From assembly GCF_026210795.1 (NCBI RefSeq), contig NC_089431.1, forward strand, positions 1,550,001-1,614,000: a stretch of 64,000 nt of DNA, in the 5' to 3' direction. Numbering within the stretch: the first letter of the stretch is position 1; each line of letters starts with the position of its first letter. The notes beneath the pieces were generated by a model, which saw nothing but the letters and a program-made list of their open reading frames with translations, was not told the origin of the DNA and did no database searches. Positions 24,811-38,426 of the stretch are shown here, piece after piece. A program made the translations under genes and the position numbers. The stretch comes from Rhizophagus irregularis. Its lineage: Eukaryota.

Positions 24811-27800
24811 ATGGATGAAATTGGTAACCATAATTTCTTTTAATATTTTTATTAATAAACTGTTAAGTTTAAATGCAACAATAGAAATAGATACTTAATA
24901 TTTTATTTTAATAATAAAACTTTTATTCTAAAATTAAATATCTGTAGAGAGTAAGTTATTTAATTTTTATTGTATTATTTATGTTGTTTACATATAACTT
25001 AACTAACTTTTTATCTAAAAATATTTGATGATATTACAGTTGGTAAGTTATTTAATATTTATTGTATTATTTATGTTATTTACATGTAACTTAACTAACT
25101 TTTTATCTAAAATTAAATATCTGTAGAGAGTAGGTTATTTAATTTTTATTGTATAATTTATGTTGTTTACATGTAACTTAACTAACTTTTTATCTAAAAT
25201 TAAATATCTGTAGAGAGTAAGTTATTTAATTTCTATTGTATTATTTATGTTGTTTACATGTAACTTAACTAACTTTTTATCATATTTGTAGAGTGTAAGT
25301 TATTTAATTTCTATTGTATTATTTATGTTGTTTACATGTAATTTAACTAACTTTTTATCTAAAAAAATTTGATGATATTACAGTTGGTAAGTTATTTAAT
25401 TTTTATAGTATTGTTTACAGTATGTTGTTTACATGTAACTTAATCAACTTTTTATCTAAATTAAATATCTGTAGAGAGTAGGTTATTTAATTTTTATTGT
25501 ATTATTTACAGTATGTTGTTTACATGTAATTTAACTAACTTTTTATCTAAAATTAAATATCTGTAGAGAGTAAGTTATTTAATTTCTATTGTATTATTTA
25601 TGTTGTTTACATGTAACTTTACTAATTTTTATCTAAAATTAAATATCTGTAGAGCGTAAGTTATTTAATCTCTATTGTATTATTTATGTTGTTTATATGT
25701 AATTTAACTAACTTTTTATCTAAAATTAAATATCTGTAGAGAGTAAGTTATTTAATTTTTATTGTATTATTTATGTTGTTTACATATAACTTAACTAACT
25801 TTTTATCTAAAAATATTTGATGATATTATAGTTGGTAAGTTTATTTAATTTTTATAGTATTATTTACAGTATGTTGTTTACATGTAACTTAACTAACTTT
25901 TTATCTAAAATTAAATATCTGTAGGGCGTAAGTTATTTAATTTCTATTGTATTATTTATGTTGTTTACATATAACTTAACTTAACTTTTTATCTAAAAAT
26001 ATTTGATGATATTACAGTTGGTAAGCTATTTAGTTTTTTTGTATTATTTACAGTATATTGTTTACATGTAATTTAACCAACTTTTTATCTAAAATTAAAT
26101 ATCTGTAGGGCGTAAGTTATTTAATTTCTATTGTATTATTTATGTTGTTTACATGTAATTTAAATATTTGATGATATTATAGCTAGTAAGTTATTTAATT
26201 TTTATTGTATTATTTACAGTATGTTGCTTACATGTAACTTAACTAACTTTTTATCTAAAAATATTTGATGATATTACAGTTAGTAAGTTATTTAATTTTT
26301 ATAGTATTATTTACAGTATGTTGTTTACATGTAATTTAACTAACTTTTTATCTAAAAATATTTGATGATATTACAGTTGGTAAGTTATTTAATTTTTATA
26401 GTATTATTTACAATATGTTGTTTACATGTAACTTAACTAACTTTTTATCTAAAAATATTTGATGATATTACAGCTGGTAAGTTATTTAATTTTTTTTGTA
26501 TTATTTATAGTATGTTGTTTACATGTAATTTAACTAACTTTTTATCTAAAAATATTTGATGATATTACAGCTAGTAAGTTATTTGGTTTTTATTGTATTA
26601 TTTACAGTATGTTGTTTATGTATAACTTAACTAACTTTTTATCTAAAATTAAATATCTGTAGTTTGTAAGTTATTTAATTTCTATTATATTATGTTGTTT
26701 ACATGTAATTTAACTAACTTTTTATCTAAAAATATTTGATGATATTACAGCTAGTAAGTTATTTGATTTTTATTGTATTATTTACAGTATGTTGTTTACA
26801 TGTAACTTAACTAACTTTTTATCTAAAATTAAATATCTGTAGTTTGTAAGTTATTTAATTTTTATTGTATTATTTATGTTGTTAAATATAACTAACTAAC
26901 TTTTTATCAAAAAACATTTGATGGTATTACAGTGGGTAAGTAATTTAATTTCTATTGTATTATTTATATTGTTTACATATAATTTAACTAACTTTTTAAA
27001 TATCTGTAGATCGTAAGTAATTTAATTTCTATTGTATTACAGTATTTATGTTGTTTACATGTAACTTAACTAACTTTTTATCTAAAATTAAATATCTGTA
27101 GATAGTAAGTTATTTAATTTCTATTATATTATTTATGTTGTTTACATGTAATTTAACTAACTTTTTATCTAAAATTAAATATCTGTAGAGTGTAAGTAAT
27201 TTAATTTCTATTGTATTATTTATGTTGTTAAATATAACTAACTTTTTATCTAAAATTAAATATCTGTAGATCGTAAGTAATTTAATTTCTATTGTATTAT
27301 TTATATTGTTTACATATAATTTAACTAACTTTTTATCTAAAATTAAATATCTGTAGATCGTAAGTAATTTAATTTCTATTGTATTATTTATATTGTTTAC
27401 ATATAATTTAACTAACTTTTTATCTAAAATCAAATATCTGTAGAGTGTAAGTTATTTAATTCTTGTTGTACTATTTATGATATTTATATATAATAGTTTA
27501 AACTAATTTTTATAAAAAAATATTTAATGATATTACAGTTAGTAGGTTATTTAATTTCTATTGTATTATTTGTGTTTATTTACATTTAATAGTTTAAATT
27601 TAACTAACTTTTATAAAATAATATTTGATAATATTACAGTTGGTAAGTTATTTAACTTTTAGTATATTATTTATGTTGTTTACTTGCAATAATTTAAATT
27701 TAACTAGATAATTTCTATTGAATATTTGTAATTCTCTAAATTTAATTAAATTACAATTGCTTAATTTTTGCTTTAAAAGATTTAACTGTAATGAAATCTT

Positions 27801-30800
27801 TAGAAGAAAAGAATTCAAAATGGCATATTTCTATTAGTTCAGATGGAAAGTATTTTCTTACAATTAATCATGGTAAATATATATTTATTATATTACTTTT
27901 ATTATAATTCAAATATATTTTTACAAAATAATTTTATTTTTTTCTTATATTATTAAAGAAACTCATGAGTTTAATATTTATGATAAGATTAATAGTGATA
28001 AACCAATCAATTCCTATAATTTTAAAGAGGATTTTAAAAATAATCAAGAATTACAATCTACAGAATATGCTATTCCAAAATGGATGTTAGCTATATCAAA
28101 TTGCATTGATCAAAAATTTGTTTTTGTGGCAATATCTTGTGTAACAAAATTTGATATGTTAACTGAGAAAAGTGAGAAAATTGAAACAGAAAATTTAAAT
28201 AATTTATTAAAAGAAGATAATTTATTAAATAGTGCAGAATCTTTTGCAATTGGAATTGGAGATACAAATAAAGATCAAGAAAAAGAAGGGCAAAAAAATA
28301 ATATAAGTAAAAAATCAGGAATTACTATTATTTATAAAGTAACTTTAAATGATGGTAAAGTTCATAGGAATCCTATACATTATAATACTAGTGGAGTTGT
28401 TACTTTTATCCATAAAGAATCCACTTCTAATAAGATATTGAATTGTTTTATTTTTAATGCTAATGGAATTTATAAATTTACATGTGAAAATAATTCAAAA
28501 GATGATTTAAAGCATTTTAACTATCCAAGAAGATTTATGATTGAATTAAATACTTTATATAAGACAAAACCTTGTACATCACAATTAATAAATTGTGTCT
28601 TTGATCATTATTTTTATACAGTACAATACAAAGAAGGAATTCAAGTTATGCAATTATATGACTTAAAAACTATGCAAATACAACAAAATTTTAATATGCA
28701 TGAAGAATATTCAAATATATATGGCAAACCAATATTAGCTATTTCAAAAAATAGGCAAATGATTGCTTTTTCTTCTGGATATAGAAAATTAACCCTTTAT
28801 CTTATAGAAAATGGTTTAGAAATTGCTAGTAATGATTTTGGAAAAAATGTTAAAATAATTGATTGTCAATTTGAAAATAGTGATTCATTAATGATAATTA
28901 TTAAAAAGTCCCAGAAAGAATATGGAGAAATGCTATTTTGGAATTTATATGATTCTTCTACAAATAGATTTCATTATTACAATAAATTAAAAATTGATGA
29001 TAAGTTTACCTTACATATTGCAAGAATTCCTGATAAATTAGTATTAGTAAGAAATAATGGTTCCATATTATCAGTATATGATCATATACTTAAGAAAGAA
29101 AAGAAGAAGTCAAATAATTTAAATCATTATAAAATGCCAAATGAAATGAATGAATTTAAATATGAAGATCATAAAGATAACCAAAATATTTCAAAAGCTG
29201 AACAGCCTTTTGGACATAATAAAGAACCATGGATAAATGATAACTTTAAAAGAAAATTAGTATATCTTAATAATGATAAATCATTACAGTTATATATTGG
29301 AAAAAGTACCATTCAAGTATGGCGTAAGAAAAAAGAATATTTAACACTTGAATATATTTGGGCTCATAACGTTGAAGAAGAATCTAAAGATAATGCATTG
29401 GAAGAATTAGATTTAAGAGTTTCTAATAATAATGGTTTTTATCTTAAAGTTAAATGGAATGAATTTATTAAGGAAATTCAATGGCCATATGATAATAATG
29501 CTATTCCAACAATACATGCTTGTAATACTCTTGAATATTTACATTATCAACGGAATAAATTAGTTGGTGACAATAATCAGTGTGGTAAGTGTTTTTTTTA
29601 TATATTTTGTTATTTTGTATTTAATTATTTTTATTAAAAAATTCTATTTTTTATAATATAGTATTTGAAGAAATTAAGTATAATATTTCTTTTATTATCT
29701 GGAAATTTATCAAAAATTATCCTGATATTTGGAGATTAATGGATATCCGATATAACCTAATGGCAAAAATTATAATTGGAGGCTCAAATGCTCTTGTTAA
29801 ATATATTTTATTTGGTGATGAAAAAGTAAAACACAAAAATTTGCATATACCAAGAATAACTCGATGGATTGATGAAGAATTTAATGAAATTAGTAAAGAA
29901 TCTAATGATAATAGTGAATCAAATAAATCTAATAGCAATATTATTGATATTTGTAAATTAAGTGATTTAGAAATTGCAATTAATTTGTGTATATCAGGTA
30001 ATTATTATTTCTAAAAATCTTAAAATTTGATATTTGATTAATAAATATTTTTTATAGATCTTGAACGAAATCGTAGAATTTTAATTGTAACTTATTTACT
30101 TGAATATTATGCAAAAAATGCAACTAAACATCTTGGATGGTTAATTACTATTTCAAAAGCATTACCATCTTTATATTCTTATAAATTAGGTTTGTAATTT
30201 CATTTTTACAGTTATTATTAATTATAATCTGTTTTTAATATTTTTAAAAATTTCTTTTATAAATAGAATATTATGTAAAAGAATTATTTTATAAAAAATG
30301 TATGGAAGGTATAGAAATATCTAATATTATTGAATATAGTGATATTATACCTAAAAAAATTCAAGATACTTTAAATGATAACCAAAAGTTTCAAGCATTT
30401 AATCCTATTTCAGAACTTATTTTAAAAAGAAATGAAAAGCGAAAATTCCAAGCATTTAATTCTATCTCAAAATTTATTTTGTTAAAAATATTTAAGATAA
30501 AAAGTATTTCAAGTAATTATTCTCCAACCGTGAAAATGATTCCTTTACATAATTTTACAACTAGCAAAATACCTCAAAAAGAAAAAAAAGGTTGGCTTAA
30601 TAAATATATCTTTACAATTAAACTATTTCAATTATTATTTATTCCACATAGTTATTTGGTTAGCTATTCAAATGATGCAAAAAATCTCTCACAACTTAGT
30701 CCACTTGTTCAAATTATTAGATTAGATAATAGCGATGATATATTTAATAATCCAGTAATGGAAGCTGCAATTAACTATAAATGGCCTTCAGCAAGAAATT

Positions 30801-32334
30801 ATTTTCTCAGACTCTTTTTTATATATATTCTATTTGCAATTTGCTTTGCAGTTATTTGTGGAACTTATACAGCACACCTTGAAGCAACAGGACATCTCTG
30901 CAATTTCCTATTATTTCTTATTATCATTTTTTATTATTTAGGATGCTATTTATTAGTTGTAGAATTGATGCAGATAAGACATCGTGGTTTGAGGCATTAT
31001 CTTGATTTTTTTAACTTTGTAGATTTAACTTCAGCTATTGTAGCTATAGTTGTAATGTCAGTTTATATTGCTCCTTCATTTAGTACTGAAAATACATTTG
31101 CTAATGTTGTAACAACTAAAGAAACAGCTGTTGCAATTTCTTTTACAATGTTATTACTTTGGTTTGAATTTGTATGTACTGTATTTTTATATTTTTTTAC
31201 TAAAACATTTTGATTAAAATAAACTAACTTTTTTATATGTAAATCTTTCGATTCAGATTTTATATCTTCGGTTATTTAAAGGTAATACTATAAAATATAA
31301 AAATAATATAAAATATTAAATTATTAAGTTTAAATATATTAATTTATATTAATTTATTTAGAACCAGCAAAATATATTTATATTATATTAAATATTATTA
31401 AAAGTACATGGGTATTTCTTGTTTTCATGTTTCTTGTAATAGTTGGATTAGCACATACCTTTTTACTATTATTGCAATATCCTGATTTTATAAATCTTTC
31501 TGAGAACTCATCAAATGAAACAATAGATAACCCAGCCAAAGAATTTATTACCTCATTCCTTTCAACATATGGATGGTTAAGTGGTACTTTTTTACAACAA
31601 GATACATGGAACTTTTGGGCAGTTAAACTCATAACTCTTATTGCTAGTATTTTCTTAGTAACTATTTTACAAAATATGTTCATTGCTTTTATGGGGTAAG
31701 TTTCTTTTTTTTCTTTTTAAATTCTGCAATATATCAATTACTTTTATTCCTTTAATAAATTAATGATTTTATTAGGGGTGTGTACTCTGAAGCATATGAA
31801 AAAGGTCGTGCTGCATTATTGAGATTTCGTGCAGAATTAATTTCAGATTATGAAGCATTAGATGATATACATTTTTATACACTACCACCAGAACCAAAAT
31901 ATATTTATTATATAGGTAAATCAGAAAGTTGTGAAGAATGGGAAACAAATGTTAAAAAGCGTCAAACTAACAAAGAAAAATTATATGATGATTATGAAAA
32001 GAAAATGAGTGAAAGAAAATTAACATATAAAGAGAATGATGATGATAATAAAGATCATAATAAAGATGACGATAATAAAGATCATAATAAAGATGATGAT
32101 AATAAAGATGATAAAGATGATGATGATGATGATGATGATGATGGTGATGATGATTATGAAAGTGAAGATGAAGATGAAGATGTTATAGACAAGGTTAAGT
32201 CACTTAGTAATAAAGTTAAAGAAGAATTTAAATTTCTTAAGAAAGAAATAGAAGAGGTTAAATCACTTAAGGAAGATATTAAATCACTTAATAGTAAGAT
32301 TGATCAATTGTTAAATAATAAGAATACAAATTGA
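24811..32334 (+). CDS. TRP-like cation-channel family protein with beta-propeller-like N-terminal region; predicted start exon 24811-24823, 31 three-nt micro-exons, then exons 27780-27872, 27959-29584, 29662-29997, 30058-30189, 30267-31171, 31257-31281, 31362-31695, 31776-32334
   Basis: All junctions from 27780 on are GT..AG and phase-consistent. Multiple TM helices (FLRLFFIYILFAICF.., YLLVVELMQI, FNFVDL, LLWFEFILYLRLF), pore/S6 and TRP-like ..ILQNMFIAFMGGVYSEAYEKGRAALLRFRAELI. WD-like ISSDGKYF and LAISKNRQMIAF. Acidic tail plus coiled coil. The 5' micro-exon part is less certain than the body. Confidence 0.85.
24930..27700 (+). repeat. Tandem array of ~31 units (74-101 bp), each a complete GT-AG intron plus a 3-nt exon
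   Basis: Unit: gtaagttatttaattt(t/c)tattgtattattta..tgttgtttacatgtaacttaactaactttttatctaaaa + (ttaaatatctgtag | atatttgatgatattacag) + NNN. Confidence 0.95.
32038..32182 (+). repeat. Coding acidic repeat (DDDNKDHNK)n / (GAT)n
   Basis: gatgatgataataaagatcataataaa units and a GAT run within the last channel exon. Confidence 0.9.
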
Positions 32335-33804
32335 TCATTAACTTTAGATTGAATTTTGAATAGTATTTAAATATGAACTTTTTTTTATCAACCTTATAAA
32401 TACCATAAATATATCTTTTATTTTATAAATAAAAAAAACATTTATATATATATAACATAAGAATTGATTCATGGGTATCTTAATGATTTTTTTTTGACAC
32501 ATGTTACTAGTACTATTAACTAAACTATTCATATTGATAATAGATGGATTCAATAGTTAAGGCATTTTAATGCTTTAATTAAGTTGACATTCTAACACAT
32601 TGTACATTTGCTTAAGTTTCAAATGTATCCAATATTAAACTATTAAATTACTAAATCCTTTTTTTATTTCCAATTTAGATAAGATTTAACTATGATAAAG
32701 AACTTGATTATATCAAAATTCTTCGTTATAAGATGATTATGTTACTTAAGTATCCTTTATCCTGTATTCCTACGTTTTGGAAAAAGGGAGAATCTAATCT
32801 TTAAAATGATTTTTATCTACTAGAATTATATTTTCAAATTAAAATTGGTATCAGTTTATTTTTATATTTATATAAACAACAAAACTTTTTGTAATTTAAC
32901 TTTTTTTTAAAAAAAAGATTATAGTAAATTTTATTAAAATTTTGTCATCTAATTACAAAAACAACAAAAGATTGGATAGTGATAGAGTATTAATTTTGTT
33001 TCAAGTTATATATATATTTTTTTTGGTATGAAAGTTCATTTTTTTTAACATTGCAAAAAAGAGATAATAATAAAGACTGAATTTATATTGAAAAATACGA
33101 TTTCTGACAACTTCATCGATTTTTTTGTAAATTATTTCTAAATTTTCATCTGATGATTAATTTTTTAAAAATTTATCAAAGATAAAAATATTTTTTTACA
33201 TTAAATTTGAATAAAGTTATATAAATCTTAACGATTTAGGGTTGACCCTAATAAATAAATCAAAAACATCAATGAAAAAATAACACTTCTATCATTCTTT
33301 TTTTTTTGAGATCTTTGAATTTTTAGTATATATTATTGATACTTATTTATTATTTAATATCCATAGAAAATCAAGAGAAAAAAAAAGATGAGTTAAAGCA
33401 ACAAAGTGAATATTAGTTTTTTTCTTATATTGATAAAATAGACATAACGTAGTAATTAAAAGAATTTAAAATAATCAGATTATCCATTTTATTATTATAA
33501 AAACTCTCTTTCATTATATAAAAATTATGATAGATTTATATCTCAATTATTTATTTTTTTTAATTGCGTCAATAAAAATTTATTGCACACCCTAATAAAT
33601 ATATTATATTTTATATATTTTATCTTTTAGGAACCTAAATTATTTATAGTTTTTATGTTTGTGTTAATAGATACTTTTCAAGGAATAAAGTAGAAAAATA
33701 AAAATATCTCAAAGTGAATGAGTAAGTTTGGAAAAATTAAAGTATAAAATAACAAATCCAAATAAGGAAATACTCAGTATAATAAGCCACGTATGTTTCT
33801 GAAC

Positions 33805-33965
33805 CCCTATAAAAAAATATTATCCATTATTTCTGTAAAAACTCCGTAAAAATGAGCCTTTCACGGATCTATTCATGGAAAATGTAAATAAATCGATAAA
33901 TTCCGTGATAAGGTTACTAATTCCCTTTTACGGAAAAAAAGAATATAAAAAACGGATCTAAAATC
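33805..33965. mobile_element. Partial MITE of the CCCT(A/G)TAAAAAA family
   Basis: Starts ccctataaaaaaa..tatcc and shares ccgt/acgg motifs with the complete element at 38427, in inverted orientation. Confidence 0.55.
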
Positions 33966-34986
33966 ATAATTCTGGTGTTAACAAATATTAAAATAAATTG
34001 AGAATCTAAAATACTTTTTTAAGATGGATATGGAAAGAAATATATTAGCTAACGGCTTAATTTCATAGGAGAATAATTAGCTCAGTTATATACTTATATC
34101 AATATTTCTCTAGGTATCTTTCTCTACTAACTATAATAATTTCTTTGAAACAGTGTAGTATTTTCTGAATAAGGTGTAAGGACACTAAATTTTTTCAAGA
34201 TGGATGTGTAAAATATACGATATTATAATGCTAAACTTTAAAATCTATGTAGTAATAATGTTCGATATGTGAATATGTTGTATATATGTAACATTGATGT
34301 TGGTCACGTGATCATCGATCGTGGTTATTTTCTCACTATAATTAATTATACTATAGGGTTTATTTTAAGCACTGATTACTTCACCAAAATAAAAAAATGG
34401 TTTTTTTTAAAAAAAAATAAAAAAACAACAATTAGCGCGTATAAATAAAAGTTATAGATAGTCCTTAAATTGTCAGTTACTGTATACTAACATTTTATTA
34501 ATTATCGTCTTGATTTGTTTTTATGGAAATGAAAGTCACTATAACTATTCCTACAATCTTACTAAACTCTTGATTGTTAACTTGAAAAAATCAATGCCAG
34601 TATCGTTAAGTCAACAATCATTTTATTAATTAAAATAAAATGATCACAATATAGGCCATTACCATATATACTATCCTATAATAGTTGATGATATAAGCAA
34701 GGCTAACAGCAAAATTTCTTATAATAATGCACATACTAGTTCCATAGTTTATTTAAAGAACTTTTTTTTAATACTTCACAATAAAATCTCAAATACTTTC
34801 ATTCAATAAAATATTCATGTAGTAATTAAGTAATATTTTTTCACAATCAATATTTTGATGACAAATGATTCTATTTACCAATAGTTTTTTTTGGCTGAAG
34901 GTCAATAAGAATATAAGATGACTTTTTTCACATTATTTTCACCCTTCAATTCTTCATTTTACCTTATATTCATCTAAAACTAGGAG

Positions 34987-37268
34987 CTAAATCTCATATA
35001 ATTTCCTTTTATAAGGTTCTATTTGAATTAAATTTCTTATAATATCAAAGACTATAAAATGAAATTCAGTTTAAAAATTATTTAATAATAATTTATAAAC
35101 AAAGAATATAAAAAGAAAATTTTGATTTTTTTTTTTCAAACATTACCTTTTTCATATTTAATATTTATTTTTTTTTCTTTAGAATGGATCTGTTCACAAC
35201 ATGTTAAAATTTTGGTTAATTGTTTAGCCTTTTCATCACTTTTAGTTTTTTCATCTTTTTTTGGTTTTGGTTTAATAAAAAAAATATTTTTACCCAAGGA
35301 ACATTCTAAAAGTGTTACACCTAAAGCCCAATAATCATGAAAATGATTATATGGAATATTATTTAATGATTCAGGTGACACTATATATATATATATAAAT
35401 TACAATATTAATTAATTTTATATTTTAATCATTTATTGATTATTAATAATCAACTTACTATATGATCTAGTTCCACTATATCCAAATTTATTGCCTTCTT
35501 CATAAACTTTTGTCATTCCAAAATCTGCTAATACTACTTTAAATGGATTAGTTTCAGATACTAAAATATTGGCTGGTTTAATATCTCTATGAATTAATCC
35601 TTTTTGATGCATTTCCTAAAATATTTAAAATGGGTTTAAATAATAATAGATAAAATAAAATAAGAAAAAATTTAAAAATTATTATTTACTACCTTTAAAG
35701 TAGTGCTCATAATACTAGCTATTGCAAGCAATTCCTTATCTGAGAAATTGTATTTACTTAGTATATAATTTCTTAAGGATCCATGTTTAATACTAAATAA
35801 TAAATAAATTTAATAAGATAAATATTAAATAATATATAATAATAACAAAATAAATTATTACCAATCAGTAACAATAAACTGCTGTTTATTAGTTGTATAA
35901 TAGAAACCATCAATTAACTTGGTTGTATATTTCTAAAATAAAAAAAATAATAAATTAATATAATTAATATTCAAATTATAAATTATTTTTAATAAACTTA
36001 CAATATCTTGAACTAAATTCATCATAAGAAATTCATTATATAAAGAACGATTCCAAGTAAACTTTACTGCACATTGTTTACCTGTATTCTTATTTTCCAT
36101 AAGATAAACAATTCCATAACCTCCTCTATAATATTAATAAAAAAAAAGTGAGTAACTAATAGCAAATAAAAACGATGAATTGACTAGCTAATTTTATCGA
36201 GTGCTAAAAATAAATTTATACATACTTTCCAAGTTGTCTAATAAATTTATAACCATGATTTATACATGGTAAATCTGACATAATGTTTGTAATAGTATAG
36301 TGATTTTAAATTAAAAATAGATTAAAAAAAATTAACAGTTAATATACAAGAAATTATTACTTACTATTAGATGATTCAGCAGATGGTCCTTGTTTATCAT
36401 CAAGAGACATTTGACCTGGTGGTATATTTATATCAAAATTCTATATGAAATGAGTAGATTAGAATATACCATGTATTAAACTATTTATACAAATAAAAAT
36501 ACCTTAACACTTCCACAATGACATTGCCAAAAAATTAATTGAACTAGAATTTACACATAATTATTAAAATTATATAAATCATTATGAAGTAATACGATTT
36601 AAAATACTTACATTTCAATATAAATTCTTTATTTTCATCAGATAAAGAAACTTCAATTTGGTCAAATTCGTCAAGTAAACAGCTTTCCCCGAACTCAAGT
36701 AAGTCAGATGCAACAAGATTATGAATAATTCTTAAATTTACACTAAAACATTTATTAAGATTTTAGCAAATAGTACAAACTATCTATTTAATTAAATAGA
36801 AACTTGATTTACCATAATCTTGTTGCTTGAATACCAAACTCATTCTATTTATACAATGCAATGTAAATTATTTACTTATATTATAAAATATTTAACTTTA
36901 AACGAATTGTCTTACCTTTGAAATTGCAAAAGAATACTCTTCATCACTTAAAATATTATTATACTAAAAGTATCGAAAATTTAATTAGTATATACTGTAT
37001 TATCTTTTGATTTACTGGTAAGAATCTATTAAAAAATGTTATTATAACTTACATAACCACAAGTATCATTTTTTCCGAATATGTTATATGAAAAAAATAA
37101 ATATATTGTGCCAGCATCTTTGGCAGTTGAATTATCTATTGGAACAAGAATAGCCCAGGGATCATTTCCATAATTATCACTGACAATAGTTTTGGTAGCT
37201 TTTATTTTTTCTAATTTGTCTCCAAATTTAGTATCAGAAGAAGAACAAAACTTTTTTTTATACTCCAT
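34987..37268 (-). CDS. Multi-exon Ser/Thr protein kinase with an unrecognised N-terminal domain
   Basis: Spliced translation gives G.GGYGIVYLM, CAVKV, HGSLRNY, LIHRDIKPANILV, VLADFGM, SPE, DYWALGV, ending ..LIQIEPYKRKLYEI*. The first five exons that I checked are phase-consistent and open. Confidence 0.85.
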
Positions 37269-37359
37269 TTTAAAAAATTAATTTAAAACAAAATCAGAAA
37301 TATATTTAAGACATATAAAATTTAAAATCAGGTGAAAATCATTTCAATCACATGTTAAC

Positions 37360-37855
37360 AGGGGCATCATGATGTATGATGCTTTGGACATAATGTTGGT
37401 TGATGTCTACAATTGATCATAATCATGAATCATTGAATCATGATGTTGAGACATTATGAATAGGTACAGACATCATGTTGGATAACGCCTGTCGGGTATA
37501 TGTAGGATGATGTTTGTGGCTACCAAATATGGTAAATTTTTATTTATGGTAAGATTTTGTAAAATTTTTATAAGAAAAAAATAAAATTGATCCAGAAAAT
37601 TATTAAATTTAATAGAAAATTAAAAATTATCCCAAAAAATCGGTAAATTTACCATAAATAAAAACTCACTACAGTATAAATGGTAATTATGATTAGCATG
37701 ATGTCCGGGCATCATGCTGGTTGATGTCTTTAACATCATGTTAAATGATGTTTAATGATGTCTAAACATCAACTTTCATATATCCTATATGATGTCCAAG
37801 CATCAGCCGGCATGATGTCCAAGCATCAGCCGGCATGATGTCCGAGCATCAACCT
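37360..37855. repeat. Dispersed atgatgtc/catca motifs, a 23-bp tandem repeat and an internal inverted repeat
   Basis: catgatgtccaagcatcagccgg x ~3 at 37788-37852, related motifs at 37365-37410 and 37697-37772, and IR ttttatttatggtaa (37538) / ttaccataaataaaa (37649). Confidence 0.7.
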
Positions 37856-38426
37856 TTAGCTTGCAATACATTTCCTTGTCTAATCCATTAAGAACTTGGA
37901 ATGAGAAATAAGAGAATATGAACTTTAGGGGAATTATTTTTTCTGTTTTTTTTTCTGGAATATTTCTCAATGGTCATATATATGTATTATTATGCAGCAT
38001 ATGTTTATTCTTAATAAAATAAAAATTTTTTTACATATCAGTCAAACGATTTGGCAATTTCGTTGATTATTCAGTAGAAGTACACGGTCAGTCCCCATAG
38101 TGGGCGCAAAAATACGCCAGCGTGTCTTTGCGGATTATATTTGGTATACTGAATTAAAAATTATGTATTTCGTATTTAAATTGTTGTTGCGATGGAATTT
38201 TATATTTGGAGATGGCGCGATAATGTATATTAGCGGAGGATTAATTTCTTAATTTTTTAATTATTACACAGCAATTAAAATAAGAAGGAATACTTAATGC
38301 TTATTGATATATAATGCCTATTCTTGACTGAAAGTAATTCTGGTCTAGCGTTAAGATGATATTATGGGTTGAACACTAATATGTGAAGCACATTCCTTTC
38401 ATTTTTAAATTGTCTTTAATCAAAAT

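Noticed and set aside
24930..27700. CRISPR array or plain satellite interpretation; ORF 27110..27433 (-)
   Set aside because: The variable parts are only 3 nt, the context is eukaryotic, and no cas genes are present. Splice signals and frame continuity explain the array better. The minus-strand ORF is a translation of the repeat.
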